Assembly (NCBI GenBank): GCA_013265495.1
Contig: MU058636.1
Location: forward strand, 10,019,066 to 10,083,065
From: Vicugna vicugna
Lineage: Eukaryota
Reading direction: 5' to 3'
DNA length: 64,000 nt
Within the stretch, counting starts at the first letter, position 1. Every line of letters begins with the position of its first letter. The notes beneath the pieces are model-generated. The model saw only the letters and a list, made by a program, of their open reading frames with translations. It was not told where the DNA came from and did not search any database. Made by a program: the position numbers and the translations under genes. Shown here in pieces: positions 62,221 to 64,000 of the stretch.

Positions 62221-64000
62221 TTCTGCACCGAGTTATTCTCCAAAGTAGGAGGCTCGCGGTTCCCAGAGAGGCATTTTTCTATTACCCTATCCTGCTCTTC
62301 TCTGTCCATAAGATGTTCAGTTAAATCTGCCAGAATGGTTGCAGGGAGAAGTACAGCTTTCCAGAAATTACTGTAAATAGCTTCCAAATTTCCCAAGAAA
62401 TCTTGTTTCAGAAACAAGGTGATACCTTGATAAATGCAATAAGAAGACAGCAGGAGAGCAGCCTTCCCCAGCCCACAGAGAAGCCCCTGTCACCGTGTTC
62501 TCTGAGTTCGTATTCCTAAGCCACAGCTCCAGCCAGAAAGTGACAAAGAGGATCCCAGAGCCCTCACTGAAGGCTTCCAGGATTCAGGCAAGTATCCTCA
62601 TTGTTGAAAAAAAAAAATCCTCATCTAATGGGTCAAATCCACTTCAGATAATAAACTGTGACATTTGTTTGATATCTAAGCAGATTTGTTTTAAAGATAC
62701 TAAATCAAAGAGTGACAAAACTATTCATCTTCTGAATTTCCCATCAGGGTAAGAAGGGAGGAGGAAAGTCAGTGGGCAATTGTTAGGGAACCTGTTTGAA
62801 GTCACAGACAGTCCTCAACGACAACACAGAAAGGAGCAGCGGGTCTCTGCTCCCCAACCCGTTGCTGCACGCAGCCCTCCCCAGGTGCTGGGCAGAGCAT
62901 CAGGCTGGCTCCTCCTGCAGCCCTTATCCCAAGGCAGCACAAGATTGATAGCAACAGGAGATCCAGATGCCTAACGTGTGCCAAAGTGAAGGAGTTTACG
63001 TGTGATTTAAAACATCTTCCTGTCACCATGAGACAGCAATCTGAACTGTGAGCTAAAATCTTGGCCTGCCCCCTCTCACCCCAATCCACCCATGCTCTGT
63101 AGTCACAAAGAGATCATGCAAGAATTCCCCACCCAGCACCAGCCCATCCAGACTTAAACCGACCGTAAGCATCTTGGAAGCCACAAGATCCTTAACTCTC
63201 AGCTGACTCATGACACCAGGCAGAGCTGCTGGGAGGAGCCGTCACCAACAGCTCTGAGCCGAGTCCCTGATGGCCCAGCCCTTCCAGGGCCCACCAATGG
63301 CCTAGACAGCCAGGCATCTCGCTGTCTGGACAGGCTAGTCATTTGATGGAAGTCAAAGAATGTGATGGTTGCAGTCATCACCCAGTGCCCCTGCCGTCAT
63401 CATGTGACCGGATTCTTTGGATCTGGCTGTGCAGACAGACTGGACAAGACCCAGCTGCTGCCCTTGCTATTCACAGATGCCATTCCAAAACCTGCCCCCG
63501 TGGTCCCAGTTCTTCTAGAAGCTGAGACAGCTGGTTAAGCAAAAGTCAAGCATGCATGGACGGGTTTAAAAATTCTTCCTTCCCTCCTCGTCTTAACACA
63601 CACCAGTTATCACCACAGCAGTCACCCTTCCACCAGGCCAGCCTCCCACCTGGGAGCAGAGGTGTGGCCCTTGAGATGACTAAAGGAGCCAGGTCCGCAG
63701 TCCGGCCAGAGGAAACCCTGATTTGGTAGGATGCAGACACCGAGCCCCGCGCTTGGGGAGTCTCTGTGCTTACTCCAGCTGAGCCCTGAACCCACGCCTT
63801 CAGGAGAGATCCAGCCTTGAAACTGAGTTCCTCAACTATAAAATCGAGACATTACTCGTCACCCTCCTCATCTTGCTAACCTCTTGTAAATGACGTAAGG
63901 ATAAGGAAAGCAAGGATCTGACTGTGGATTGACAAGATATAGCACACAGGTATCATTACTGAGTGCTGACAAATGCCTCTGTACCATGTATCACATCCAC

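Noticed and set aside
1..64000. CRISPR arrays, tRNA/rRNA/miRNA genes, retroviral coding sequence, or a novel multi-gene system
   Set aside because: No repeat-spacer periodicity, recognisable structural RNA, gag/pol/env motifs or gene-dense segment found by eye. Small RNAs cannot be excluded without an Infernal/Rfam search.

Overview
Gene-poor mammalian (eutherian) non-coding DNA. I recognise no protein-coding exon, RNA gene, CRISPR array or microbial-type system. The supplied ORFs are chance ORFs, microsatellite read-throughs or transposon remnants. Much of the window is old interspersed repeats: L2, MIR, L3/CR1, old L1M, MLT1 (ERVL-MaLR) LTRs, hAT MITEs (MER5, MER3, MER58, MER20B, MER102, Tip100-like) and Tc1/mariner Tigger1 and MER2. 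There is one young 5'-truncated L1 with a perfect 14-bp target-site duplication. That L1 end, a short Tigger1 derivative and the absence of recognisable Alu, Bov-tA, PRE-1 or SINEC suggest a cetartiodactyl, possibly a camelid (inference). The unique sequence holds two NRF1-motif, CpG-rich promoter candidates (~2.6 kb, with + strand splice signals that could define a lncRNA; and ~15.0 kb) and several homeodomain-motif-rich enhancer candidates. L2 and L3 endonuclease-domain fossils lie head-to-head at 46-52 kb. Repeat family names come from recalled consensus sequences, not a search, and most boundaries are approximate. I found no evidence of a previously undescribed biological system; the best leads are regulatory.
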